Both the position numbers and the translations under genes were made by a program. This document shows, in pieces, positions 1-12,679 of a stretch of 64,000 bases of DNA (its first letter is position 1; every line of letters begins with the position of its first letter). The stretch lies in contig NC_086097.1 of NCBI RefSeq assembly GCF_963921235.1, positions 77,750,001 to 77,814,000 on the forward strand. The letters run 5' to 3'. The notes below the pieces were generated by a model that saw only the letters and a list, made by a program, of their open reading frames with translations, had not been told where the DNA came from and searched no databases. Source of the stretch: Mobula hypostoma. Its lineage: Eukaryota.

Positions 1-432
1 GGGTAATACCGTTCCGGCTGACCGGAGGTGCACTGAGAGCGGTAAGCGTAAAGGAGTTGGGTGCTTACTGATCTGGTTAACAACAGATGGTGCAATCCGG
101 GTCATATTATGATCGAGGAACATGTTTGCAGACTGGATATTGAACTTTTTACTATTGGACTTCGGCCACATTCCACCGTGATACGACACTTGGCGGCATG
201 GGAGGTCGTTCCTTCCTGTGGCCATCGAACGTGCAGCTCCTCCCGTGGAGGGTCAGACACCCTGAGCCAATAGACTGGTCCTGGACTTATTTTCCGTCTG
301 GCATAGTTTGCATTTTGCTGTTTGATTGTTGGTGGTTTTTGTATTGCTATAGTTACGCTCTATTCTTGGTTGGTGCGGCTGTAACGAAACCAAATTTCCC
401 CTCAGGATTAATAAAGTATATCTATCTATCTA
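1..432 (+). mobile_element. Internally deleted Rex1/Babar LINE: endonuclease fragment fused to ORF2 C-terminus, 3'UTR and (TATC)n tail
   Basis: 1-170 reads as APE-domain ADRR..SGKRKG..VNNRWCNPGH..DIELF..LRP. From ~171 it matches the 3' end of the Rex copy at 40539-40640 (SFLPVAI..GGSDTLSQ). Ends in AATAAAG + TATC repeats. Confidence 0.75.
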
Positions 433-782
433 TTTATCTATCATATTCCATCTGCCATTTCCCTACGCATATCTGCAATTGACCTCTACCCTCTGTATCC
501 TTTGCCAGTCTTCTACACTATTTTTCACACCACCAATATATAGGCCAGCCAGATTTGAATCAAAACAGACAATTAACTGTGGATCCCAAACAGTTTAATC
601 TCCTGTATGAACCTGCTATAAAGGTCAAATGGCTTACTAATAAACTCCATGTAGACAACATCCACGGCTCCATCTGTATCAATCACCTTTAATCGGGTTA
701 GAAAGATATGATTTATCCCACAAACGCCACGCTGACTGTCCCAAACCAGGCCATGATTTTCACCAAATGCCCATAAATCCCG

Positions 783-1625
783 TGTCACGGTTCCGACCAT
801 TAATTTCCCATTTCCTCCTAATTCCCTCTGATGGTGGCACACCTGGTTCTCATCAAGATCTGCAGCATAAAAACCCCAGCTTTGCACCCACTAGTTGCCA
901 GATTGTTGTTTTAGCCAGTGTGGTGATTAACATTCCCGGCCGCTTAGGATTGTGTATTCTAAGTTTTACTTCAGTACCGAGGTTTACCTGTGTTACTCTG
1001 TTTCTCCATGTCAAGATAAAGATTTTAAGATTTATACTTTATACTTTATTGTCGTCAAACAATTGATGCTAGAGCATACAATCATCACAGCGATATTTGG
1101 TTCTCTCTTTGTGTTCCCTGGAGTACAAATCGATAGTAAGTATTAAACATTTAAATTATAAATCATAAATAGAAAGTAGAAAAGGGAAAGTTAGGTAGTA
1201 CAAAAAAACCAAGAGGCAGGTCCGGATATTTGGAGGGTACGGCTCAGATCCGGGTCAGGATCCGTTCAGCAGTCTTATTACAGTTGGAAAGGAGCTGTTC
1301 CCAAACCTGGCCGTATGAGTCTTCAAGCTCCTGAGCCTTCTCCCAGAGGGAAGAGGGACGAAAAGTGTGTTGGCTGAAGTGAGAAGTGAGATTTACTTCA
1401 GTACCGAGGTTACCTGTGTAACTCTGTCTCTCCGTGTCAAGAAAAGTATTGTCCTCCACTTGCCTTTCTATGCTTCATGTCAAGATAAGTTCTGCCTGCC
1501 TTCTGCTTTCCTGTTCACCCTCCTATTTGCCGTTCAGTTCCAGCCACTCCCATACCCTCATCTGAATCCTAACTCAATCTCCGTGCCAATGTCCTGCGTT
1601 TGGATTCGCCCCATTCCTTGCAACA
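783..1625 (+). mobile_element. Solo LTR (Gypsy-type) carrying a Rex 3' fragment
   Basis: TGTCACGG...TTGCAACA termini split a CR1 reading frame. The 3' end (GTCCTGCGTTTGGATTC) resembles the LTRs at 24130 and 49703. TSD not clean. Confidence 0.6.
1030..1376 (-). mobile_element. Rex1/Babar LINE 3' end
   Basis: Minus strand reads LFVPLPSGRRLRSLKTHTARFGNSSFPTVIRLLN; tail GACAATAAAGTATAAAGTATAAA. Confidence 0.8.
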
Positions 1626-3469
1626 TCGCATCCCTAAAAATCCTCTCCAGTAGCTTCCCCAACACGGTGTGAGACTCACCTGCAGCTTCCAAGTTTATTT
1701 TGTTTTCCCACTTGAATTATGGAGCATCATTAGCTTCTTCCAGGACCAAGCCTGTGTCTAGAGAGGACACAAAGGTCAGGGCCTCAGTATATTGTGATTT
1801 TATAAAAATTCGTGGGTCCTCATCACAACAGCCCTCCTTTTTGTAGCACTTGCAAAGTTGTTTGCTATACGTGTGTGTTCTACATCCAAGTCAATAATCT
1901 ACATTGAAGGGAGTTGGAGTCCTAGCAGTGACCCCTGTGAAATGCTACTGGTTAGAGACTGCCAAGATGAAAATTACCTCCCTATGTTACTCATTGCTTC
2001 CTGCCTGTTCACCAACTGATTCTGCTTGATTAGATTAAAATCTCCAAATGCATTGTTAATAGTTCATTAATATTTGATCATAGGATAAAGCAAATTATCA
2101 TTTGGCATAGTTCATGGTTTTCTCAACAATGCACTCACTTCAGTGATTATTAATCTCATGGAACAGTAAACTCAGTTTGCATGTATGAAGGATGCCTTAC
2201 AATTAACTTGTTATTCCCAGCTCCGACAAAGTAATTTAACCCAGAAATTTAACTTTCTTTCTCTTTGTTCATATGGCCTACTGTTTCCAGAATCTTCTCT
2301 TTTTATTTCACGTTTTGAGCATTTGCAGTTCAGTAATTTTCAAATCCCCAGAATTTGCTGTTTATATCTTACCTGTTAGATTCAACAAGTAAATGTCCAA
2401 AACTAATAACATCATTTGAACCGCTATTCCTCAACCTATGGTATTTAATTCGTTAAATGTTATAAACTTTATTTTCATCCTTTTGCTAATAGTTAGCTTT
2501 TTAAAAATAAGATACCAGCAAAAGACAAAATTAGCTTCTTTTGATTGGCAAATACTTGCATAACTCCACATGGTCTCTCACATATATACTGTTTAATCCT
2601 GTGCACATGTCCAATATTCAACACATCCAGTCCAAGACAAATATTGTACACAACCTGGCCACCTCATCAATTACAAGTTCTGAACTACATCCTTTCCAAC
2701 TTATTTACTTAAATAAAAACAACTTCAGTTTGGTGGGTCTTATGATAATTTTAAAATGTGAGTCCTTGAATCACCTTCTCTTTGAATGTTTCTGCAAAGA
2801 GACATTCCTTAAAAGCAGGACTCTCGAAGTTTTTCATGGGTGTTCTAAATGAATAGATACCTCATGTACAGCAGACATAGAAAAATATTTGAACTTGTTT
2901 TTTTATATTTAAAAAACTGGAACGTGAATCTGATAGAAAAATATTAAGTTTACTCTAGCTTAAATTCCAAAGGAATTTCCTTGCAAAGGAATCTAAATCT
3001 TGTGAAAAAAAATGCATTTCTATTTTCAAATGTATTCATGAATTAAAATGGTTGCTTGCTTGAAACAGTTTTCCTGATCAACATCTAATTCTATGACGTT
3101 GAGGAATCTTCCCTTTGGGGTTGTCTGCCCACTTGTTGCTTCATCAGTTTAAACAATCAAAAGTCCAACTTCTCCATAATGAATACTTGCAGTTAATTTC
3201 CCTAACATTAAATATCTTACTCCAAAACGACACCCAGGCTTTTACACCCTAATAAAGATTTTGATAATGATGTATCCATTAAAGACTATTGTGTCCTAGT
3301 GAGAATCTTCAAAGAACAAATAAAAGAAATCGAAATTGCTCAAGTACAGACACTTAAAAAAACACGAGGCAGATGTTTTATCGATAGCTGCTGAGATATC
3401 TAAAATATTTATGCTCATGAGTACAGCGGCATATTCAATTCATATGTGACTGTAATTATGACCAGATGA

Positions 3470-4635
3470 GCTAAGCTGCCTCTGAGCATGTTTTGATTTG
3501 TTCTAAAATAATTTCCACATTCAAGAAATTGCCCTCCGTAATTTCTGCCACTTCCAACAAGATTTCAGACACATCTCCCTGTCTCCTTTCAGCACTCCAT
3601 ATCTTTCCCTTCGGTATAGCTTTGTTCTTTACCTCCACCAGTCTCTCCTTCTCACTGCACTTCCCCATGGAAATGCAGAAGATGAAGTACTCCCCCTTTA
3701 ATATTTCCATTCCCACCATCATGGGACCCAATCCTTCCAGGTGAAATGGGAATTTGTGTGTATTTCTTCCAAACTTATGTATTGCATTTGCCCCTAATGA
3801 CATGGCATCTCCTACATGGGAGAAACCAAATACAGATTGGGAAACCAGCTTGTAGAAGCTCTCCATTCAGTCTGTCAGGGTGCCCTTGAGTTTCCAGCTT
3901 CCTGTCACATTAATTCTCTACTCCACTCAGATGTCTCTATATGTGCTCTCCTACACTGTTCTAACGAGGCCTAACGTAAACTCCAGGAACAACGCCTCAC
4001 CTTCTGTCTTGGGATACTCTGCGGCCTTTAGGGCTCAATATTGAATTCAAACATGACATATATTCAGCCTTTCTTGTTTGTGTCAGAACTGAACAGAATT
4101 GGTCTATGTCATCCACTGGTAATGCTAATTCTCTTCTCCTTTGCCCTCTTCTCCCTGGCGTCATCAGGAGGAAGACGCTGGTGTCTCAGGACTCGCACTA
4201 CCAAGTTCAGGACAGTTCTTACCCCTCAACCATCAGGCTCTTGAACCAAAGTGGATAACTCCACTCAACTTCACTTACCCATCATTGAAATGTTCCCACA
4301 AGCAATGGTCTCACTTTCAAGGACTCTTCACCTCATGTCCTCGATATTTATTGATTGTTTATTTATTATTATTTTTTCTTTCTTTTTGAATTTGCTCAGC
4401 TTGTTGTCTTCTGAACTCTGATTGAACACGCAAGATGGGCAGTCTTTCATTGACTCTGTTATGGTTATTATTCTTTAGATATATTGAGTATGCCCACAAG
4501 AAAATGACTATCAAGGTTGTATATAGTGACATATATGTAATTCGGTAATAAATTTACTTTGAAATTTGAACTTTTAACTGTTACCTGATCTGCTGAGTAT
4601 TTCCAGCATTCTTTTTTTATTTCAGACTTCCAGTT
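3470..4635 (+). mobile_element. Old Penelope-like element (GIY-YIG remnant), interrupted by a Rex 3' end at ~4145-4577
   Basis: Decayed TIMGPNPSFQV..LYMGETKYRLG..QEQRLTFCLG..GLNIEF, colinear with 20840-21583. A pLTR-like motif 'cctgatctgctgagtatttccagcatt' resumes at ~4585. Confidence 0.7.
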
Positions 4636-6374
4636 ATGGTTGGATTTAGTTACTCACACTTCCTGCATGTTTTACCTGTTTTTAAATTTATAGTTCTCAT
4701 TTTTCTTGCTCTATTTATGCTCATCGAGACAAGTGAGTTAAGATTTATAAGCATTCATCTCCATCTCTGAGACAGCACCAAAAATAATTGTTTCACTTGG
4801 ACACTTTAACGTCCTCTCCATCACAGATATTTTCTTTACTCTCTCCAACACCCAACTCTCCGCAACTTAAAATAGCTTTCTTTTCTCACTTTTCCAATTC
4901 CATTAAATAATCAGTGACCTGATGTTAACGATATCAGTAAACACTCCAGTCAGTGATTAGCCGAGGTCTTCACTACTCAGCTAGGTGTACAACCTGGACT
5001 AGATGCTTTCCGTGTGATCATCCTCTTGAAGGGTATTCTCCCATTGGCCTCAGAGACTGAAATTGGTCAACTGGAGCCTTAAAAGGCATTGACCTCGTCT
5101 AGGAGCAAAAGCTTGTTTAACTTATGTCACTTAGTTTTGTTTGTAGGAGATGATAGCATTCAAGCCTTGTTTAGCTCAAAGCTGGTCCAGAATTGCCACT
5201 TTGCATATGAGATGACTTTTCAGAGGACTTGAAAACTTCTACAGATGTACCAGGGAGAGCATTCTGACTGGCTGCTTCATGATCTGGTATGCGGAGGGGT
5301 GGGGGAGTGGGGGGGGGTGGAGACGGGGATCCATTCAAACCAGACTAAGTCCCCAGATCCGCTCTCAGAGCAGACAGAGTAGACCCAACCCTCGGTCCTA
5401 ATTCATCATACCGGCAGGGCAAAAACACGCAATAGCAGGGTCAGTTCCCAGGCTCGGCACCGCAGAGAAAGGAATGAACATTCGCGGGAAAGCGAGCAAT
5501 ATCAACCCGACCCTTGCTTCTGTTCCTGACACTTGGGCTTCCAGCCTATTTGTGCTGCCATTTTAATTGTCCAAACACTGGGTAGTGCTTTGACACCGCA
5601 TCCCACACCCCCCCACCCCGCCCCAGAGCCAAAATATGCTCGGGCTGCCCAGCCCGAAGCTATTCTCAATCTCACCAAATTGCTTCAGTAAATATGTTGT
5701 AAGTAATGGTCTTAGACTCTTTCCTTCATCTCTTGGTTTATTCAAGGCTTCTGGTTGGAGGAGACATTGAATGGTTTCATAAAATCCATGACAACTGAAG
5801 CATATTCATTCAGGTCCTCTGATGAGGCCTTGAACATAGCCTAGTCCATGACTCAAAACAATTCCAGTGGCCACCTCTTTGTTGTCCATAGCTCTAGTGC
5901 CTTGTTCTTTAGTCTCTGCCTGTATGCAGGTAGGAGAAACGCAAATGATCAGATTTCCCAAATTGCAGACTAGGGATGAAACAGTAAACATTCCTAACAG
6001 TAGTGTAGCACAGAGTGAGTTTGTTGGGATCCCTGGCACTGCAATTGATGTGGTGGTAGTAACTTGACAGAAATTTCTTCAAGCTAGCCTGAGATAAGTC
6101 CCCAGCAAGTATATGAAAAGCATTAGGTAAATTTCAGTTAATCTGGCTCTCCAGAATGCTTTGTAACTCCAGTCATATTTTTGGAAACAAATATTCCATT
6201 CTGAAAACCCTCAACAGAGTTGCAGAGTCTTTTAAAATTATATCCACATGACACAGTCACAGAAGCACATTATGCCCATGGCAGTATTCTGAACATCTCC
6301 CAGAAAGATCTAATCACCCAATGCTCATCCTGTTTCTTCTCAGGGCATGACTTCAGCATAAGCATCTATTGATA

Positions 6375-6578
6375 AAACTGAGTGAAATGCCCTGCCAGGG
6401 GTGGTGGTAGATATATTAGGGCATTTAAGAAACTCTTTGATAAGTACACGAATGATAGGAAATGGAAGGCGACGTAGAAGGGAAGAGTTAGGTTGATCTT
6501 ATTATAGTTTAAAGAGTCAGCAGCATCATAGGCCAATGGGCCTGGTTGGTGCAGTAGTGTTCTATGTTCTATGTTCTA
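6375..6578 (+). mobile_element. CR1 LINE 3' end
   Basis: LPGVVV..FKKLFDKY remnant followed by a (TTCTATG)n tail. Confidence 0.65.
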
Positions 6579-6969
6579 AAAGAGCACTTAAGAGTTTCAA
6601 AAGCTCACTTTGTGCCAAATTCCATCATATACAATGTTCATATCTCTCAAGTGCTTTTACCATATGAGGGTCGGTTAATCAGCTCATCAAGTTCATTCCT
6701 GCTTGTTTCCTTGTAACCTCTAACTTGCTAATCAACATCTCAATTCTCCTGTCATCCACCTACATCCGGAGCAATTTACAGTAGCCAGTTATCTACCAAT
6801 CAGTGTAGAGGTTTACTTTATTCCAGGTGCTTTGACACTTCTACAAGGGTTTGGTGGTTGCTATGATAGATTCAAGGTGTTAAGGGTCTCAGTGACTGAA
6901 CAACACAGTCACTAATGTCTGAGCAAAGCTAAACTGGTAGACTGAGCAGGCAAAGACACCAGTTCTGCT

Positions 6970-7318
6970 GGGAGAAAGACAAAAGGGGAGATAAAGGAGG
7001 GAGGGTTTCAGGATGAAGGATTTGAAGGCATTAAGGTGGGTCAGAAGGAAGGAGCAGTAAAGGGGGGAGGAAGGAGAGGGTCAAAAGAGTATGTTCAAAG
7101 AGGAGAAAGATGAGGGTGTGGAAGATGAAAGGGTCATAATCAAAGAGACATATAATAACACAGCATGATAACAGGCAGCAGTGGAGGAGGAGTTGGAGGA
7201 TGACGAGGCAGAGAAAGAGAGAAGGTGAAGAAAGAGGGCAAGGAGGCGGTGAAGGAGGAGGAGGAGGAGGGGAGGTGAAGGATCAGTGGGCCGAGAAAGA
7301 GTGGGTGAATGAGAGAGC
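6970..7318. repeat. Purine-rich (GA/GAG) low-complexity tract
   Basis: Strong G/A strand bias with (GAG)n runs, e.g. 7254-7270. Confidence 0.7.
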
Positions 7319-8029
7319 ATCTATACATGTACAATACAGGGCATTTTACTAATCAATCAACTTCCATTGCTGCTGATTTTATAGTCTGTGATTCTCTGAT
7401 ACCACCTGTTCCAATCTCTCAATTTTGTATCTCCATCTGCTTCATGTCACCAAGCCAATTATGCAGTGAGACAAATTACTGCCTTTAATTCCACAAAACG
7501 AACATTTTTTCATGTATATGGACCATTCACATTCACCAAATTAGTTTCCCGTTCACCTAAACGTGAGCTGAAACACTGACCTGACTGGCCCAGATAATTC
7601 TGAAACCATGTCGCAAGGCCTTGGAGCATTGTCAAGGAGTGCCAGAAGATGCCTTGCCCACTAACACCCTCTGGAAGCATTAACACCTTGAAACACTACA
7701 TGCAGGTCTTTGCCATCAGCCAAATTTTCTCATTATTTTTCAATGTCTCCACATAAAGAAATATTTAATGTCTTTGAAAAATAATCAATACATTTTTTAA
7801 GAATAACTTAATTAAATGAATTGGAGCATGGTTCTAAATAATTAAAAACACTTGACAAAAGTAACAATAAAGCAATGAATGTAACTTACTTTATGCTTCC
7901 ATTTCTTACTCAGATCTCTGTAACCCCTATCCACATTAAGGCTTACATACACTGTGCCTGCTCTAATGTAACGCACAGTCCGAGACCAAGTTATCCAGTG
8001 AGTTGCTGGAAAACCTTAGCAATCTACAC

Positions 8030-9170
8030 ATAAGATCATAAGACATAGGAGCATGATTAGCCAATCTGGCACATCGAGTCTGCTCCTCCATTCAATCATG
8101 GCTGATCCTTCTTTTAATCTCTTCGTCAACCCCAGTTCCCTGCCTTCTTCGATAACCTTTGATGCCATGTCCAAACAAGAAACTATCAATCTCTGCCTTA
8201 AATACACCCAATGACTTGGCCTCCACAGCTGGATGTGACAACAAATTCCAAATATTCACCAACCTTTGGCTAAAGAAATTTCTCCGCATCTCTGTTTTGA
8301 AAGGGCACCCATCTATCCTGAGGCTGTGCGCTTTTGTCCTCAACTCTCCCACCAAGGGATACACCCTTTCCACATCTACCCTGTCTAGGCCTTTCAACAT
8401 TCGAAAGGTTTCAATGAGATCCCCCCTCATCCTTCTGAATCCCAGCGAGTACAGACCCAGAGCCATCAAACGTTCCTCGTATGATAACCCTTTCATTCCT
8501 GGAATCTTCCTTGTGAACCTCCTCTGGACCCTCTCCAATGCCAGCACATTTTTTCTAATAATGAGAAAATTTGGCAGATGGCAAAGTTCTTCATGTGGCG
8601 TTTCAAGGACCCAAAACTCTTCACAATACTCAAGGTGAATCCTCACCAGTGCCTTATAAAGCCTCAGCATCACATCCTTGCTCTTGTATTCTAGACCTCT
8701 TGAAATGAATGCTAACATGGCACTTGCCTTCCTCACCACCGACTCAACCTGCAAGTTAAGCTTCAAGATGTTCTACACAAGGACTCCCAAGTCGCTCTGC
8801 ATCTCAGATTTCTGGATTTTCTCCCCATTTATAAAATAGTCTACACATTTATTTCTACTACCAATGTGTATGACCATGCATTTTCCAACGCTGAAATTCA
8901 TTTGCCACATTCTTGCCCATTCTCTTAATCTGTCTAAGTCCTTCTGCATCCACCTGTTTCCTCAACACTACCTGCACCCCCACCAATCTTCGTATCATCT
9001 GTAAACTTGGCAAAAAAGCCATCTATTCCATCGTCTAATCATTTATATACAGCATAAAAAGAAGTGGTCCCACATCGACCCCTGCGGAACACCACTAGTC
9101 ACTGGCAGCCAACCAGAAAAGGATCCTTATATTCCCCTCACTGCCTCCTACCAATCAGCCAATTCTCTAA
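8030..9170 (-). mobile_element. 5'-truncated CR1 LINE (RT C-terminal half + 3'UTR)
   Basis: 224-aa ORF 8092-8766 with LYKALVR.HLEYC, LERVQRRFT, RGDLIETF, RRNFFSQR; (TCTTATG)-type tail at ~8030-8046. Confidence 0.92.
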
Positions 9171-10477
9171 TGTATGGAACACAGCCAGTAAATTGCTGTT
9201 GTAACTTGGATATTAAGTTTAGGGCTTTCAGGCACACATAAGTGTCCCAAAACCTATCAACAAATTTGTTGAGAAACACCAGCGGTCCTGCATGGAATGG
9301 CCAGCAAAATCCTGGCCTTCAATTCTATTGATTCTGATGAACAAAGGCAAAAGTGCAAAGCTGTGATTCTGAGGAAATACGTGGTTCAAAACGCATCATG
9401 CAAAGGATGGGCCAATTACGTTTGCTTTCTATTACAGTTCTCATGTGGGAGAACAGATGTTGCATTTTGATTCATCCTGTCCAGTTGGAAGCCAGAACAA
9501 ATAAAAACCAAACACAATGAAGTAAATGAAGTTGGGATGAAGAATTCCAATACTTAAATTGTGGTGGCACATCTCAAAAATGTATCCTCTCTCTGAGGAT
9601 ATTCAGAGTTGTGGCTATTTATAATCTCATATGATTTTATGAGAATTTTACTTTCCTTCCAAATGTACATCCTAGTCAAGTATACCTCCAACAGTGCATT
9701 TTTGCAGTTTATTTTTCCACTGCCTTCAATAGTTCTGCTATACTCTCAGTTTCTACAAATAAGTTTCATAAACATAACGACAATGTTGCAAGCAAAGGGC
9801 TTATTAATGCCACAGAATAATTTCACTACTCTGTGCCCTTTAGTGAACTGGGTAAGATAGGAGCTATGGTAACCTTCATAGACATATGGTAACCAACCAA
9901 ACTAGACCAATGTTAAATATTGCTCAACACTTTGGAGAAACTACACTCCTTCTACTTCTGAAACTAGAAACACGCTACAAAATGATTTACAAGACATTGA
10001 TCTATCATCACTAACTTGTATTTTCTTAATCTACCTTCCCTGACCCCACCCCAGCTAAATGAATAAGCAAGTATTAAAAATTTCGTCACATTTTCAGTCC
10101 TCACATAGTGACAACAAAGGAAGCAGCACAGCTGTATTTTATCTCTTGTGATTTTACCTCAATTTCCCAGCTGAATTAATGACCCACTTGATTTTAAGCT
10201 CTTTGTTATAAAACCAGTCAAAAGTAACTCAGTGATATGTCACTGAAGCAGAATCCTTTCTTACAAAATAATGAGCTATCGAGTCTGACATAAATAAAAA
10301 CATATCAAATTGATGTGAGAGGAGCACCTAAAAGTAATGAGTGTCTTTGATTTCAGAGTTGACAGCAATGTTACAGTCAACATTAGTTGGCAATCAGGAG
10401 GGCCATTTTACACCGTATTTTCTCTGTAGAAACAGTGACGAATGAGGTGAATGGGTTGGATGTTGAGTATTTTGCTG

Positions 10478-11690
10478 AGTTAAGTTTATTGTTGTATGTA
10501 CTATATCACATGCACAGGTGCAATGAAAAACTTACCTGGAGCAGCACCTCAAGCACATAGCATCATATAAGCAGCATTCTCAAGAAAATTATAGATTAAA
10601 TATCCTATATTCATAGATAAAATTATACACAATTTTTATGAGAAAAAAAACAGGATTAGAAAAAAAAAGCAAAGTCAATTTTAATACAAGGTAATCAGAG
10701 TGGTTATAGCATTTCTCAACTATGTGGTGATTAGGGTTCTGTCCGTTAGTTCAAGAACCGAATGGTTGAAGGGAAGGAGCTGTTCTTCAACTCGTTGGTG
10801 TGGGAGTGGAACCTATACCTCTGTACCTCTTGCCGATAGTATCTGCCTTAAGGTGGCATGGCCTAAATTCAGGGGGATCTTTGATGATGAACGTTACCGT
10901 TTTGGGGCAGCTCATCCTGTAGATACTACCGATGGTAAGGAAAGATGTGTCTGTGATGTACTGGGCAGAGTCGATGACTCTCTGCAGATTTTTACATTGA
11001 AATTGCCATACCAGATCATGATGCAATCAACTGGGATACTTTCAACAATACATCTGTAGAAGGTTGTTAGAGCACTTGATGACAAGACAAACTTCTTTAA
11101 CCTCATAAGGAAGGAAAGATGCCAGTGCACCTCCCTTAAATTGGTCATCTGATACATTAACAACCAAGAAGTTAAAACTGCTGACTCTCTTCACTGCCAG
11201 TCCCCAACATAGACTGATGCATGTTCGACCTCCTTCTCCTTCCTGAAATCACCAACCACTCTTTAGTTTTCCTTATGTTGAGGAAGAGTATACAGCTGTG
11301 GCTACACCCAACCAGTTATCCTTCTTGCTCCAGTATTTTAACTCATCGCCACCTGCGATTCTGTAAGAAGGGCAACGGTAATGTTGTTGGCAAATTTGAA
11401 GATTAGCCACACAGACATGTTTGTACAGAGAGTAGTGCAGGGGCTTAGCACGCAACCTTGAGGTGCACCTGTGTTGATGGTCAGTGAGGAGGAATTGTGA
11501 CCGACCCTCATTGATTGAGATCTGCCAATGAGGATGTTGGTTATCAGATTGCAGAGACTCAACACTTGAAACCTGATGAGGTTGGAAGGGATGATTGTGT
11601 TGAATACTGAACTGCAGTTGTTGAACAGCAGCTCGACATACAGTGCGTGGTCCTATTGTCCAGGTAGTCTAGAAAGAAGTGAAGGGCCAG
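10478..11690 (-). mobile_element. Decayed Rex1/Babar LINE
   Basis: INTGAPQGCVLSP, TFYRCIVESI, LQRVIDSAQYIT motifs with frameshifts; AATAAAC tail near 10485. Confidence 0.8.
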
Positions 11691-12149
11691 AAAAATCACC
11701 TCTGCTATTCAACTGTTTTAACAGGTTTCAACAGTAGAAGGTGAAAAGAATGAATGAAGTTGTTCAACATATGGGTGTTCGGAGGGCTGTTGCTGAACTG
11801 AACTGAAGTTGGACAAGTCATTTAAGTGTCTATAGATGAAACTTTGGGAATAGTGAACATAGGGTGGTGAACTTCAAGCCAGTCATTGGAAAAGATGAAT
11901 TTTGTCCTTGAGTTCACACCCTAAATTGCAGGAATACACATCTCAGTAGTGTCAGAGAGGATATGAGAAAGGGAGACTGGGATTAGCTGCTTGGGAGGAG
12001 ATCACAACTGATCAGTGGGAAGTGTTTAAAAGCATTAAGAGTTCAGAGTCACCACATACCTTTAATGATAAAATGTAAAGGTGGTTAGTTTTAGGTAATG
12101 CTAGTTAACAAAAGATATTGAAAGTTTTATTTGGAAAGAGAGGAGGATT

Positions 12150-12670
12150 ATTATGAAATTTGTTGTTTTGTAGCAGTAGTACAATGTAAAGACATAAAAT
12201 TAGTATAAATTACAAAATAACTAAATTATGCAAGAAAGATTAATGAAGTAGTGTTCTTAAATTCATGGATTGTTCAGAAATCTGATGGCAGAGTGGAAGA
12301 AGCTGTTCCTGAATCAGTGAGCTTGGGTCTTCAGGCTCCTGTACCTTCTCCCTGCTGGTAGTAATAGGAAGAGCACATGTACTGGATATTGAGGGTTCTT
12401 AGTGATGGATGATACTATCCTGAGTCACCTCTTGAAGATTCATTAATGATGAGAATGGTTCTGTCCCATGACGGAGATAGCTGAGTATATAATAACTCTT
12501 TGCAGGTTCTTGCAATCCTATGCATTTGAAGCTCCACACCAGACTGCGATGCAACCAGTCCACTTTACATCTACGGAAAGTAGTATGAGTTTTTGGTGAC
12601 ATACCAAATCTCCTCAAGTTCTAACAAAGTTGAGCCACTCTCATGCCTTCTTCATGATTGCACCAAAGTG
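12150..12670 (-). mobile_element. Rex1/Babar LINE 3' fragment
   Basis: RRFGMSPKT and GRRYRSLKT motifs on the minus strand. Confidence 0.7.
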
Positions 12671-12679
12671 CTTTGGCAG

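Larger units (their letters stand above)
440..2010 (-). mobile_element. Degenerate CR1 LINE RT fragments, interrupted by a solo LTR
   Basis: ORF 573-887 contains ENHGLV..SQ and AVDVVYM.F..PFD. The CR1 motif 'VSLT..GKLLERIFRD' lies on the minus strand just right of 1625. Confidence 0.65.

Noticed and set aside
7081..7334. Ser/Leu-rich ORFs
   Set aside because: They are products of a low-complexity purine tract.
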